From Octopus vulgaris (Eukaryota): a stretch of 64,000 nt of DNA. Location of the stretch: NCBI GenBank assembly GCA_951406725.2, contig OX597841.1, positions 27,280,001-27,344,000 on the forward strand, given 5' to 3'. The translations under genes and the position numbers were made by a program. This document shows, piece by piece, positions 26,361 through 40,782 of the stretch (position 1 is the first letter of the stretch; each line of letters opens with the position of its first letter). The notes under the pieces were generated by a model, which was given only the letters and a program-made list of their open reading frames with translations, was not told the origin of the DNA and did not search any database.

Positions 26361-27351
26361 ATATATATATATATAAGATTAATCAGCCGAAATTACTACG
26401 ATGATCCGGTTCTTGACTGAAGACTGAGGGTTTCGAATGTCCTGTCCGTGTTTATTGTATCGTCTTCTAAGAGTTATACGTTCTTGTCCATGTTGTATTT
26501 TTCTACATACCTTAATATATATATATATATATATATATTTGGCAAAAAAAAAAATAATAAAATGGCCATCCCGAAATACAGTATATAGTGATCATATACT
26601 TATTTGTGCTCGTAAAATGTGCGTCTATACATACATATATATATATATTTATATATATGCACACCATAAGCACCCGTGTCTTATCTATCAGCCCTTCATA
26701 TGAAACAAAATTCAAGCTTTTTTCCCCCATATCTTTTAACCCCCTTTTGCCAAGAATACAAGCAAGGATCGCGGGCTGATGTTGGTGGGTGGGGGGGACA
26801 CAGTGTGGGAAAGGCTCGGATTGCTAATATTTATATTTTTATAAACATATATACACACACACACACACACACATATGTGTGTGTATATAAATTAACAGGA
26901 GCCACAAAAGAGATTTGGCAAAAGCATCGCAGCATTTCACTTGCAGATGAAAATAAACAAGCCCAGTTATCGAATATCTTGTTTTATTCCAGCTAAATAT
27001 AATCACCATAAATATAAACATGTGTGTGTTGGTGTATATATGTATATATATGCGTACACACGTGCACGAGTGTCAGCTCTGACTGAGGAAAGCGTTATGA
27101 TCGAAAGGGATTCAAGCCCACAACAACCCACTTTTGTTTGTTTCTTTCAGTCATATATACCCGTATATAAATAGTATCCAATGTCCCCTTAAAAATAATA
27201 ATGAAATTTTTAAAAATAACAAAGGCTGAGTTATAGTCTGAGGATTTGCCTGCTGTTTCTAGCAGATTCAAAGTCCACACACGAATACCTTTGTCGACAC
27301 TTACATACACTTTCATATATATATATATAAATATAAATATATATATATATT

Positions 27352-27462
27352 TCACACACCCACAAGGGGTTAAACACAGAGGGGACAAACAAGGACAGGC
27401 AAAGGGATTAAGTCGATTACATCGACCCCAGTGCGTAACTGGTACTTAATTTATCGACCCCC

Positions 27463-27516
<54 letters not shown>

Positions 27517-27648
27517 CTTTACTACACACAAGGGGCTAAACACAGAGGGGACAAACAAAGGGATTAAGTTGATTACATAGACCCCAGTGCGTAACTTAAT
27601 TTATCGACCCCGAAAGGATGAAAGGCAAAGACGACCTCGGCGGAATTT
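27352..27648 (-). mobile_element. SINE family B fragments
   Basis: Two partial body units split by (TA)n. Confidence 0.8.
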
Positions 27649-28340
27649 TATTTATATATATATATATATATCACACAAAGTTTGTGTAATAATAAATTAA
27701 AGGCGGCGGCTTCCACTTTCTTCTCTGCCACCTCCTCTCTCTTCTCCTCTTGCTATCATCATCATCATCATCATCATCAACAACATCAACAACCCACAGT
27801 TGAAATTTCAAAATGTAATGTATGTATGTATGTGTGTGTGTCTGTGTGTATAGATTATGCTTGCTTTAGCAAAGAAACTGTTTTCAAACCAGTCTTTTCA
27901 AAGTAGCTAGCACATGGCTTTAATGACGGATTACCAGAGCCAGTCACTTCAGAGAGAGACCAGAGTAAATAAAAGCAATATTCACCGAAATTCTGTATCG
28001 AAATCGGCAAGCACTGACTAAACTCATAAACAAACACAGCGCCAGTTTCTCTTTACCAAATTACGCAGTTACAAATATTCACACGCACACACACTCTTTT
28101 TTAAACATATACACACGCACACATCTTAATTCATAGAAACAGAAATTTTGGTATTTCTGACTAAAAGTTCCCCCCATTACAAATTTCAATAGATTAAGGC
28201 TATGGAAGTCCATATAGAACAAAAATTGAGGAATGTATGTATATACGACGGATATTATATATATATATAGATACATGATATACGATGTATAACACGCGAG
28301 TATACGTGTGTGTGTGTGTGGGTATATATGTATGTATATG

Positions 28341-28387
<47 letters not shown>

Positions 28388-28515
28388 ATATAATAATTTA
28401 ATAATTAAAACATATACATACATACATATATGTACATACCTACATCTATATGTATATATACATGCATATATGAGTACAGGACACCACAAATACACGTAGA
28501 ACACAACGAGAAACG

Positions 28516-28556
<41 letters not shown>

Positions 28557-28585
28557 TACATACATATATATATACATATATATAT

Positions 28586-28640
<55 letters not shown>

Positions 28641-30225
28641 AAGTACGTTTATACACAACTACGTACATATTATGTACGTGTATGGTAAAATATGTATGCA
28701 CATATGTGTGTATATTATACACACACACATTCACAAACTCTTACTTAGCCCGGATCCAAGCAGATCCACCATAATCTAATACTTTCCGTTACAAATATGA
28801 CCACCCATCCTCTGTGCTATTCAGTAGTTTCACAAATCCAATACCCGTTACCCATACGTTTTTCAAAGACCAAAGTGTATGATCTGTAATCTGAGGTAGA
28901 TTTAGCTGTTATTTTCAGCACCCGAAATTTCTCCTAACTTAGCACAGTTAAAGGGGGCGGAGGTGCTAAAGGATAAGACCGATTAAAATAAATTGAACCC
29001 TAAAATTGCTGATAGTTTACCCGATCTGTCGGAGATGGGGGTAGTCGGTGTATCAGTAAATCCAGTGGGATTTGTGAGAAAGAGACTAATTATGAATGGC
29101 TCTCTAAGATTTGCGCCAACAGAGTCGACGTGACAGTCACGACTGGAATGAATACCTTTGCTAAAAACCGGGTCCAGCTGACTTGGGAGCTAAATAGTAA
29201 TCAACAAAATAATGGGTCGTTCGACCTGCTAGAAACGATAACCAAATTTCAATCGAATCACATCCTACTGTCATTTAAATTAAGGGGGGAATAATAAAGA
29301 GGCGGGGAACGTCCATTTGAGATTCAGATACTGCAACTATTAAAAACGTGATGGCCACGGCTGGAATGTCAATTTATAAATCAAAAGCAACAACAACAAA
29401 AAAACTAGAATAGTGCAGTTTTCTTCCATCCATGGTGGAGAAATTGTGGTGATTGATTGCTGACAGCCCAGATCCAGCAAATTCATGATATAAAAGACAC
29501 TGCCAACCGTGGCCACAACATTTGTAGATTCAAAAAAATACGTGATTTCGTTTTGGGTCTTCTTTTTTTTAAGGCACTGAGATATATGCGTCGGAATAGG
29601 TGGAGGTTAGGTTGCTATTTCTTGCAACCGAAGTAAACCATCTAAAGATTCTTTCGCTGGCGGCGGTTGGTTGGTTGGTGGTTGTTAGCAGTAGTAACCA
29701 ACCTGATCGATCAAACCCGATTCGAGGCGCTCCAACCATGACAGTCTCTGTGTGTGTATGTGGTGTGAACTAGCCGGGCTGTTTTGCTACCGAGACAGAA
29801 TTTGTAAAAAGAGCAAGTTGGTTAATTAACCAGGTTTTAGCACACACACAATATATATATATATATATATATATATACTGATAGGGCACAGAAAGTGTGT
29901 CTATAGCCAGCTGGAGGAGGTGTCCTCCTGGGGCTACAAACTACAGTAGCATTCACCCTTAGGGGTTAGCCATATTCAAATGGCAAATATACGTCACTAT
30001 ATATATATATATATATCTATATATATATATATATATAAAAGCGGTAAGGCGGAACTCGGGAGTCACAAGGGCGTAAAAAATTTCATATTTTTTCCCTATA
30101 TATTTTAAATATGTTATAACATTGAACACTTTTTCCTGGCAGTTATTTACATAGGGACATATATTTATTTAGCGAGAATTGGAAAAGAAATTAAATTACA
30201 CATACACCCAAATACAACACACACA

Positions 30226-30276
<51 letters not shown>

Positions 30277-30284
<8 letters not shown>

Positions 30285-30445
30285 TAAGGGTAGAAATCAA
30301 TATTTATCAATTAAAACCAGTGGTCTAGCATATTAAAAAGAATCCGAAGATTAAAATATTAATATATACCAATTGAGGGACTGAACACGAAAAGTGGACA
30401 GTCAACATGCTAGATATAGACGTCAAATCGCCATTCTCCACAAAA

Positions 30446-30447
<2 letters not shown>
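30277..30447 (+). mobile_element. Structured (TA)n-embedded element, variant 1
   Basis: Flanked by (TA)n on both sides; starts AAGGGTAGAA; TCTAGCAT/ATGCTAGA long-range stem. Confidence 0.65.
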
Positions 30448-30490
<43 letters not shown>

Positions 30491-31439
30491 AATGCTTTAA
30501 GCACTTTTCACTCTAGTTCGTACATATAGAATATACATATGAATATATATAACAAATAATACTGAATATGCAAGGGGGTAAAATAGAAGGGATCGGGATA
30601 TGGTTTTTTTAAGTAATGTAGCGTTAAAAATTCCCGTCTGCAGCAAATAAATTTGGAGCCAGTTGTTGTTCAGCCCTGGGTTAACCATAACAATTTGATC
30701 ACCCATGATCAAAGTGCTTCATAATGCAGTTCATAATTGTGTGTGTTATGTCGAGTTATAATGGAAATAATTTTGCACTAAACTGGAGAATTGATATATA
30801 TACTCTTTTACATGTTTCAGTCATTTGACTGCGGCCATGCTGGAGCACCACCTTTAGTCGAGCAAATCGACCCCGGGACTTATTCTTTGGAAGCCCAGTA
30901 CTTATTCTATCGGTCTCTTTTGCCGATATATATATATATATATATATTTTTTTTTGCACAGTACATATTTATTATCTTAACAAGAATAGTGTTGACAGTA
31001 ACTTTGAAGTGACGGCCTGCTTTAGCCTTGTGCGTATGTGTGTGTGTGTGTGTGTAACGTGTATGTGTTATATTTCTGGTTGAAGTGTCTGCTGTGTGGG
31101 ATTCGACTGCTGTTTCTAGCTAGCAGGTCTTAGCAACCACATATAAACCGTACCCTCGTTGGCTCGTCGTCGCCTGTCGTTTTATTTCACATGTTTTAAA
31201 TGGCTGGTGAGGTAGTTGGTAATTTGGGGGAAAGGACGACATGGGGGGAAAAAAATATCACACACACACACACACGAGGAGAGAGGGTTGTGAAGCGATA
31301 GGCAGGGTGTAGACTAATTGAAGAGAGGGGAGTGCTTGCACATAATAGATTTCATGTCCTTTTTTCTCAACGTTGTATATACACACACACACACATATAC
31401 ATACATACATACACAAACGGAGGGAGCTGAAACAGAAGG

Positions 31440-31474
<35 letters not shown>

Positions 31475-31962
31475 CGTGTGAAATGTACAGAAAAAAGAAT
31501 GGATATTATATACACACACACATGCGCGCGCGCGCGTGTGTGTGTGTGTGTAGGCAGGCATACACATTATACACAAAAAAAGGGTTGACATATAGGGAGG
31601 AGGTGTATAATTGAGAGAATGCGTGTGTTTGTATCTATGTATGTATATATATATGGCAGATCGCATATATATATATAGATAGATAGATCACCATATATAT
31701 ATATATATATATAATACCCACATATACATGTGTACATAACGTGTGTATATACATACACACATATGTATGTGTGTACATACACGTAGGCAGGCATACACAT
31801 TATACACAAAAAAGGGGTTGACATATAGGGAGGAGGTGTATAATTGAGAGAATGCGTGTGTATGTATATTATATATATATAATACCCACATATACATATG
31901 TATGTGTACATAACGTGTATATATACATACATACGTATGTGTGTACGTACATGTATTGTGTG

Positions 31963-31999
<37 letters not shown>

Positions 32000-32028
32000 G
32001 ATCGCATATATATATAGATAGATAGATC

Positions 32029-32063
<35 letters not shown>

Positions 32064-33055
32064 CCCACATATACATATGTGTACATAACGTGTGTATATA
32101 CATACACACACACACATCCGATAAGGGGAAGAAGAGAGCAAAGTCCGCCTGTATATTAAAAAAAAAAACTTGTATGTAAATAAAACTCTTCCATCTGATA
32201 AGTGAAGTAGTACCGTTGCTGACGAGGCAGATGTTTCAAACAGAGACGAATTAATCTTTTTCCCCTAACACTAACTAACCAACAACCACTCGGCTCTCCT
32301 TCATTCTCTCTCTATCTTTCTTCTCGGCGTATATGTTTTTATACACACCGCCCGTATGTCTGTCTATCTATCTATCTACACGCAGAGGGCTAACTAACTT
32401 GGAGCGAGAGAGAGAGAGATCCTTCTTCGATGTGGTTTTGCTCGTGGCTGGTAGAAAACAGGAGTCGAAAACTGCCCTCGAAAATCACGCCCCTAATTGT
32501 CTTTAAAAATAAAACTGACACACGGGCAAATAATGTAGTGTAAATATAACTGCATAACTGGGAGAAAAGGAGGAGAGAGTACTCCAATCATGGGTGGCCA
32601 TGATTGGAGTACTCTGATTATTAATCTACTTGTTCGGGGCTCCGAGCATCAGCGAATTCAAAGCCATAACAATGACGAAAATGTTTTCGAATTTTAGCAC
32701 AAGGGTAGCGATTTTAGAGTGAGTTGGGGGTAGGTCGAGCTACAAGGAGCTGGTAGCCCTCTACTAGTTATCTTTTTTTTTTATCGACCCACCAGGGATG
32801 CAAAGCAAAGCGAGCTTCGGCGGGATTTTGCAATCAAAAAAACCCCCCCAAGGAAAATGTTGAGGTGGGAAAATGCCGAAAAACATTCTGTCCGGCGCTC
32901 CAACGACTCTGTCAACTCACCGACTTAATAATTATAATAATAATCATCATCATTATTATTATTACTATTATTATTATTAATGACACATTCATTACATTGA
33001 TGATAGGTTTAATTTAACAAGGCTGACCCGAGGCCTAAACACTGTACACAAACAC

Positions 33056-33124
<69 letters not shown>

Positions 33125-33299
33125 GGGTTGCAAATTCAACCCTCCATGGGATAACATATATCCAACATACTGCTAGTGAAGTACCCAACAAAGTTATGTA
33201 GTGGTTTAATAAAGTATGTGATTGGGTATTATCTGGTAGTTGATGATAAATGATTTAGATGTATTTCTCCATTTTCTTATTTTGTATATGTATATATAT

Positions 33300-33361
<62 letters not shown>

Positions 33362-33712
33362 TTTGTGTTTACAAACGTGGGAAGGATGAAAAAGTACCCA
33401 ACACATTATTTTACTCTTTTCCAAGCCTTCCGTCACTGGATCGCAGCCATGCTGGAGCAGTGTCTTTAACACGGGGGTTTTATATCATTTTTATTTCATT
33501 CCATTTTAAAATCAACCATACTTACTTACTGCAACATTCCTCTCCTCCCTAAACACATCTTTTTCAGATTGCCGTTTGATTGATTCATCGACAAGGAGTT
33601 TTAAAAAAATAAAAGGGAACACACGCACGGTTTACGTATATATATATATAAATGTAATTTCAGTAGAAATAAAATTAATCACGACACACTGTCTTTACTC
33701 CACACACACATC

Positions 33713-33745
<33 letters not shown>

Positions 33746-33895
33746 CCATTTAGAGTTGACTGTCGGGAAAAAAAGTACTCAATACCATGCTAGATAGAAC
33801 CAGATTAATATATATTTTATTTGGCCAAATCAGTCCTTTTTCGCCTTCGGAGACAGCAGGGTATCCAGGCTAGTTATCACACGCACACATCTCTC

Positions 33896-33948
<53 letters not shown>

Positions 33949-36109
33949 CATTGTACTTTATGTCTATACACTCACTTTTGTATCCGTATGTGTATATATA
34001 TATAAAGCGATCTGTGCAGTGGAAAGAAAAGGGGTTGGAAATAGTCATACGAACAGATAGTCGGCCCCCAAAGCAGTGTTCGTGCTTACAAAGACAGATG
34101 CATATTTTTAAATTTTTTTTTTATTATTTATTTAGATAAAAATGAAAAAGAAAATCACTTAGTGGAAATTGTAAATGTGACAGTTACTTTCCTACATAGA
34201 AAGGATGTCGGTTTGAAAAGGAGAAAGTAAGAGAGAGAGAACGTGTATTTATTTATTTAACAATTGAGGGTTTAAGTGGGGGTGTGTCAGCCTAACACAG
34301 AGAAATGTTCCCCCCCCCCACCAACTCCACCCTTCCATGGATATATTTATTAATTAAATCCACTAGCACGAGATTTAAGGATTAACAAATGCAAAAATAT
34401 TATCAATATCCATAGAGATAGATGATTGCTAATAAATCTAGAAGCACAAAGCTAGAAACTTGGGAGAGAAAGAGAGATAGGGCCGGTCGACCCCCGTGCT
34501 TGACTGATACTTTATTTATCGAGGGGTAAGAGGCAAAGTAGACTTCAGCGGGATTTTAACTCTGACCGTAAAGAATCGGAATGAAATACCACAAGGTATT
34601 TTTCCCTCCCCCGGTGCTTTACCAGTACAGTAACCCTTCATAATAATTTCAAACCAGCATAATACTAGAAATATAAAACTGGGGGAGGATGAGAGTCGAT
34701 TAAATCGACCCAGTAGTTGAATGGTATTTTTATCGACACCCCCTAGGATTAAAGAAACCAGATGACATTCATGGGATTTGAACCCAGAACGTTAAGTGCC
34801 GTCACTAAGTATTTGCAAGCCATTCCGTCCAAGACAACTACAGTATTCGATAAAAAAGTGAACCTCTTCGCGATTCCTCGTCTTCCGAAAAGGAAACAAC
34901 TAAATCTCTCTCGTATCTCACATCATCTTCGAAGGAAAACACTGTTTAGTGTGTATATATGTATCGTTCAAAGACGTGACAGGCATGGTCGGATTACTTT
35001 CGATTAATATGTCTTCTTTAATCAAGGCTTCTTTAATCAAGGCTGATTGGCTCTGGAGCTAAAAAAACAACTAGGGGTTGTTTCTTCTTCTTCCATTGCC
35101 ATTTAGGAGCGACGGACGTTGGAGACGGGCACCAACAACAACAATAAACAAGAGGAGGGAAACAACGATTGTGTTTTGTTACCATCTTCTGAAATTTGTC
35201 ATTTTTTTTTTTTTGCTATGTTTAAAAACTGAATTGAATGCAGGCTTGATAATCAAGCACCGATCACGCTGTAGCTACCTTGTTCCATGAATACCGGTTT
35301 GTGTAATTAGCCATAGAGCTACCTTAAACATTAGCCATAAAATAAGGAAGACACGGAAAGATTGTGACAAGCATATATATATACATAAATATATATATAT
35401 ATGGTCATATGTGGCTTTTTCATCAAGACACAAACATACGCATGTGCTTTATTTATTAATATATATATATATATACACACGCATGTGCTTTTTATTATAT
35501 ACACATAAGCGATCGCTTTTTTTTTTTTTTTACATACACGCACGCAAATATACATGCATAGAGATGAGATTAAACACACATGTGTGTTTGCTTTAATATA
35601 CACAGATGGATGGATAGATGGATTGGATGGATAGATAGATGTAGGTACCCTAATTATATCAATACATCCCCATAAGTAAATCAACTGTCAAGGCCGACCT
35701 GGGCCCACCGCCTTCAAACACACACTATATATATATACATATATAGATAGATACACTTACACATATACTTGAAAGAGAGAAAGAGGGAGGCTTTATTGAC
35801 TCGGTATCGCATTAGCTAGAGACCACCACCGCCTATTCCGGCCCAAGTGCAGCTTGTCACATCTAGCAAATGGCAAAAAATACACAATTCAAACTAAAAT
35901 CCTGCAACTACTGCCGATGCTGTTAGCTGTAATAACAGAATTAATGTGGTCATAGCACCACTTCGAATACGAATCAGGCAGCTGTACTGCAATAATACAC
36001 ACACAACACACCCGTATAAATATATATATATACAAATATATACATATATATACACATATACACACAGTGAATTTAGAAATGAAATAGACATATAAATGTA
36101 CCTTTCCTA

Positions 36110-36683
36110 ATACAAACACACATACATATAAATATAAGATTCTATGGTAAATATATGTGTGTATGTTGTATGATTGCGTGTAAATATATACATGTGAATA
36201 TAGATCTATATATATATATGCACATATATACACACATACATACATACATATAAATAAATATAAGATACGATGCTAGATATGTGTGTGTATGTGTATGATT
36301 GCGTGTAAATATGTACATGTGAGTGAATACAGATCTATATATATATACATATATATGCACATATATACATACATACATACATATAAATATAAGATTCTAT
36401 GGTAAATATGTGTGTGTATGTGTATGATTGCGTGTAAATATGTACATGTGAATATAGATCTATATATGCACATATATATACACATATGTACGTACAGATC
36501 TAGATCTATATGTATATATATATATGCACATATATACACACATACATACATACATATAAATATAAGATACGATGCTAAATATATGTGTATGATTGCGTGT
36601 AAATATGTACATGTGAATATATATAGATCTATATATATATATATATACATACACATATATACACACACATGTACGTACAGATC

Positions 36684-36725
<42 letters not shown>

Positions 36726-36803
36726 TATATACGTACAGATCTATCTATATATATATATATGTGCACATATATATACACATATGTACGTACCGATCTAGAT
36801 CTA

Positions 36804-36848
<45 letters not shown>

Positions 36849-36890
36849 TATATGCACATATATACACACACACATATGTACGTACGCAGA
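36110..36890. repeat. Degenerate tandem repeat built on microsatellites
   Basis: GATTGCGTGTAAATAT recurs four times (about 36172, 36297, 36427, 36591). Confidence 0.85.
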
Positions 36891-37361
36891 GAATTGTGGT
36901 TTAGCGCCATTTTTCTCCAACACGTAAGCAAGTAGAAAAGCTAAGCCAACTTGTTGGTAAAAGGATGGGGGATGGAGTGAGTACTTGGTTGGTTCTTTTT
37001 TTGTTGTGTTTGTTGTTTGCTTTTCTTTTTCTTTTTGCTTTTTTTTTTTTCTCGGGGATTTTTCAACGGTTGGAAATAATAATAATAATAAAAAAATTTT
37101 TTTTTTTTTACACACAGCGAAAGAGAGAAGAAAGAAAGTAAGAGAAAAAATATATATATATATATATATATCCAGCTATAATATACCTACCTTTCATGTT
37201 ACTCGACATCCTTTCACCATAACATTCAGTAAGACTTCCCAATCACTCAAAACAAACCGAAAACTAGAGCATCCAACAAAGAGGTAAAAATAAAACCAGA
37301 ACAGGCTGATTTACATGTGTAGGTCACAGACATGACATTAACATAACTTAGCATATATTAC

Positions 37362-37700
37362 CCTTGTTCGACCTCACCCCACCCGATTTAGCGCCCGAGA
37401 CGGCAAAGCGCCGTCTTCGGCCGGCCGTCGGCGGTAGCGATCGCAGCTGTGCAGAGAGGCTCGGACATCGCCGCCGGTTTCGTCCCGATTTGTCGCCCGT
37501 AATGTCCGCAAACGGGGTCCCGAAGCCGCGACCTATATTCTTGGATCGCTAGGCTGGCGCCGCGCAGTGATACCGGCGCCGTGCAATGCTCTCCTCCCGC
37601 TCCTCCCCCCGTCGACGCTTGCAAAAATATCGTCTTCCGCCTCCTCGTTCCGGAGGTTGTGAAGTGTCTACTGCTGCTGTGCTTCTGCTACTCCGCTCGC
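37362..37700 (-). promoter_or_regulatory. CpG-rich island, candidate first (probably non-coding) exon
   Basis: The most GC/CpG-dense unique stretch in the window; ends abruptly at a minus-strand donor CAAGG|GTAATA (GT at 37361-37360). Confidence 0.55.
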
Positions 37701-38304
37701 AACCACTACTCTCACTACTACCATCACCACCTCTACCGCTTCTGTCATACTTAGGTAACCAAGGAAGGCAACACAAGCAGCAGTAGTAGTACTAGTAGCA
37801 GCAGTATTCAATAACTCAGTGTGGTTGGCATATTTCCTCCACCCCTACACTCACTGCTGCTAATAGTAGTAGTAGTAGTAGTAGTAGTAATAGCAGCAGC
37901 CGTAGTAGTAATAACAGCGCTTATACACTGGTGGTGGTGGTGGTGGTGGTAGTGGTAGTGCTTGTGCTATAGCAGCAGTGTTTGCAATTAGTAGTAGTAG
38001 TAGTAGTAGTAGTAATAGTAGCAGTAATGTTTGTACTATTGGTAGTAGTTGTAAAGGCAGTGCTTTCTTTTTTAGTCTTTCACTCGTGATAGTAGTAGCA
38101 GTAGTAGTAGTAGTAGTAGAAGTAGCGGCAATAATACCACTGCTATAACCACCACCACCACCACCACTACTACTACTACTATTACTGCTACAACCAACCA
38201 ACCAACCACTACTACCACTACACTACTGGTATACACTGCTGTGTAGTTATAGTGGTTATGACAATACAATTTGAAGATAATATGCGCGTGTATGTATGTG
38301 TGTG

Positions 38305-38359
<55 letters not shown>

Positions 38360-38536
38360 TTATGTATATATATCACCTTCTCCAATTGATGTGTAGATAT
38401 ATGTATTCATATATATATTAATAAATAATTCTATGTCTATACACTGTAATCTATATGTATATGCATATATATTTTTATATACTCTATATATGCATGAACA
38501 CAAAATTAGATTTTATATATATACACACACACACAC

Positions 38537-38574
<38 letters not shown>

Positions 38575-39572
38575 CATACATACAAACGCATGCTTGTGTG
38601 TGTATGTGTATGTGTGTATAAACAATTATATGTGGCTTTCTTTATAACTATGTATGTGTGTGTGTGGTTCATTAGAAAAGTATGCGTGCGCGTAAACTGT
38701 ATGTATAAGAGAGAGAGAAAAAACGAGAGAAGGATATATAATATATTGATATATATATATATATATATATATTGTATGTGTGTGTGAGAGAGAGAGAAAA
38801 AACGAGAGAGAGTATATATAATATATTGATATATATTTTATATGTGTGTGAGAGAGAGAGAGAGAGAAAGAGAGAGATACATCTCTACACACTCACATGT
38901 CTGTGTGTGTGTGTATGTATATATATATATAAATATATACACACACACATAATAAACGTGTGTGTGTGTGTGTATGTGTATGCAAAGTGTTTGTAAGCCC
39001 AGCAATACACAGTCCGTACTGAATGAACAGTTTTACAAAAAAAGAGATAGAGAGAGAGAGAGAAAGACAGGCAGAGAGACAGAAAAGGAAAATTTCTAGT
39101 AGTTTATTGTAAAAGATGAATAAACTATCTCGCTGCTACTACTACACATGACTAAGGTTAGCAGAGTCGCCTACCTCCACCCACGACCATCTCCTCTATT
39201 TCCCTCACACTGACACTTTTCTCCTTTCTTCTTTATGCGCACTGACGCTCTTTCTTTCTCTCTCTCTCTCTCTCTGCCATTCATACGTACACACTCAAAT
39301 ACTCTCTCTCTCTCACACACACACAGAGACACATATACACACTCATATATACATACATACATATAATTTTGATCCTCATGCGTTTACATGATCTCACAAG
39401 CACTCATACACCAAAACACACGTTCTCTCTCTCTTTTTTTTCTCTCTCTCTTTCTCTCTCTCTCCACGAGCAAGTGCGAGAAAATATTTTTAACACATTT
39501 ATTCTCTCTGTACAGCTATCTGCGTGCAATCTATTCTAAAACGTTGTCATTTACGTTGTGTATATATGTGTG

Positions 39573-39622
<50 letters not shown>

Positions 39623-39754
39623 TATATATAGATATAGATAGATAGATAGATAGTTATATATTACTCAAAAGTATGCCTTATTGTAGATCCATTTCAGCCG
39701 ATTGTACTAACTCTTCACAAATATACGAGTGCATATTTTCCCTAACTCATGGAT

Positions 39755-39756
<2 letters not shown>

Positions 39757-39793
<37 letters not shown>

Positions 39794-40070
39794 TACATAC
39801 ATACTTACACACACATACATACATACTTACACACACACATACATACATACATACTTACACACATACATACATACATACATACTTACATACATACTTACAT
39901 ACATCATACATACACACATACATACATACATACACACATACATACATACATACATACATGTGTGTGTTACATACATACATACTTACATACATACTTACAT
40001 ACATCATACATACACACATACATACATACATACACACACACATACATACATACATACATACATACATACA

Positions 40071-40100
<30 letters not shown>
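39757..40100. repeat. (CA)n/(CATA)n microsatellite
   Basis: Directly visible. Confidence 0.95.
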
Positions 40101-40101
<1 letters not shown>

Positions 40102-40782
40102 TCCCTCTTTGGTGTGAAAAGAAAGCCAATACCGAGAAATAATGTTAGCGACTAGCAAGGAAAAGGGGAGGTAATTTAAAATCTAACACTTCACAAAATT
40201 ATATCTAGGCACAGGCATGGCTGGGTGATAAGATGTTTGCTCACCAACCACATGTTTCGTGTTCGGTCTCACTACATGGCACTTTAGGCAAGTGTCTTTT
40301 ACTAGAAGTTGGGAGTAACGACTTAAGAAGTTTCAAGCACCATGGAATAATTTGTGTGTGTGTGTGTGTGTGTGTGTGTATAAGCGTATGTGTACATTCT
40401 ATTAAGCCTATATCGATACTGGTAGAATGGTGTTTATAAAACATCTTTTTTCTTGAGCTGATTGAGAAAATTCTATAGTTTGTAAGATATTTGTTGTTGT
40501 TTTCTTCAGGATATATTGAATGAGATATGCCAAAAAAACAATTTTCACTTAACTCGAACATGTCCCTCGTTTAAAAAAACACATTGGGTTTATTTACATT
40601 TGGTGACTAGCAAGGAAAAGGGGAGGTAATCTAAAATCTAATACTTCACAAAATTATATCTAGGCACAGGCATGGCTGGGTGATAAGATGTTTGCTCACC
40701 AACCACATGTTTCGTGTTCGGTCTCACTACATGATCGCTTTAAGGCATATTTGTTGTCTTTTACTATAACTACGGGCATTGA

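Noticed and set aside
26376-26430. CAGCCGAAA and CTGAAGA hammerhead-like words
   Set aside because: Could not build stems I-III in the required order; at most a truncated remnant
37362-37776. Long minus frame broken by one TAG (37549-37551) that A-to-I editing could recode
   Set aside because: No ATG before the upstream stop at 37792-37794, and no recognisable protein
40150-40735. About 130-bp direct duplication around a MITE fragment
   Set aside because: Neighbouring copies carry many small indels; may be an assembly artefact or simple local duplication
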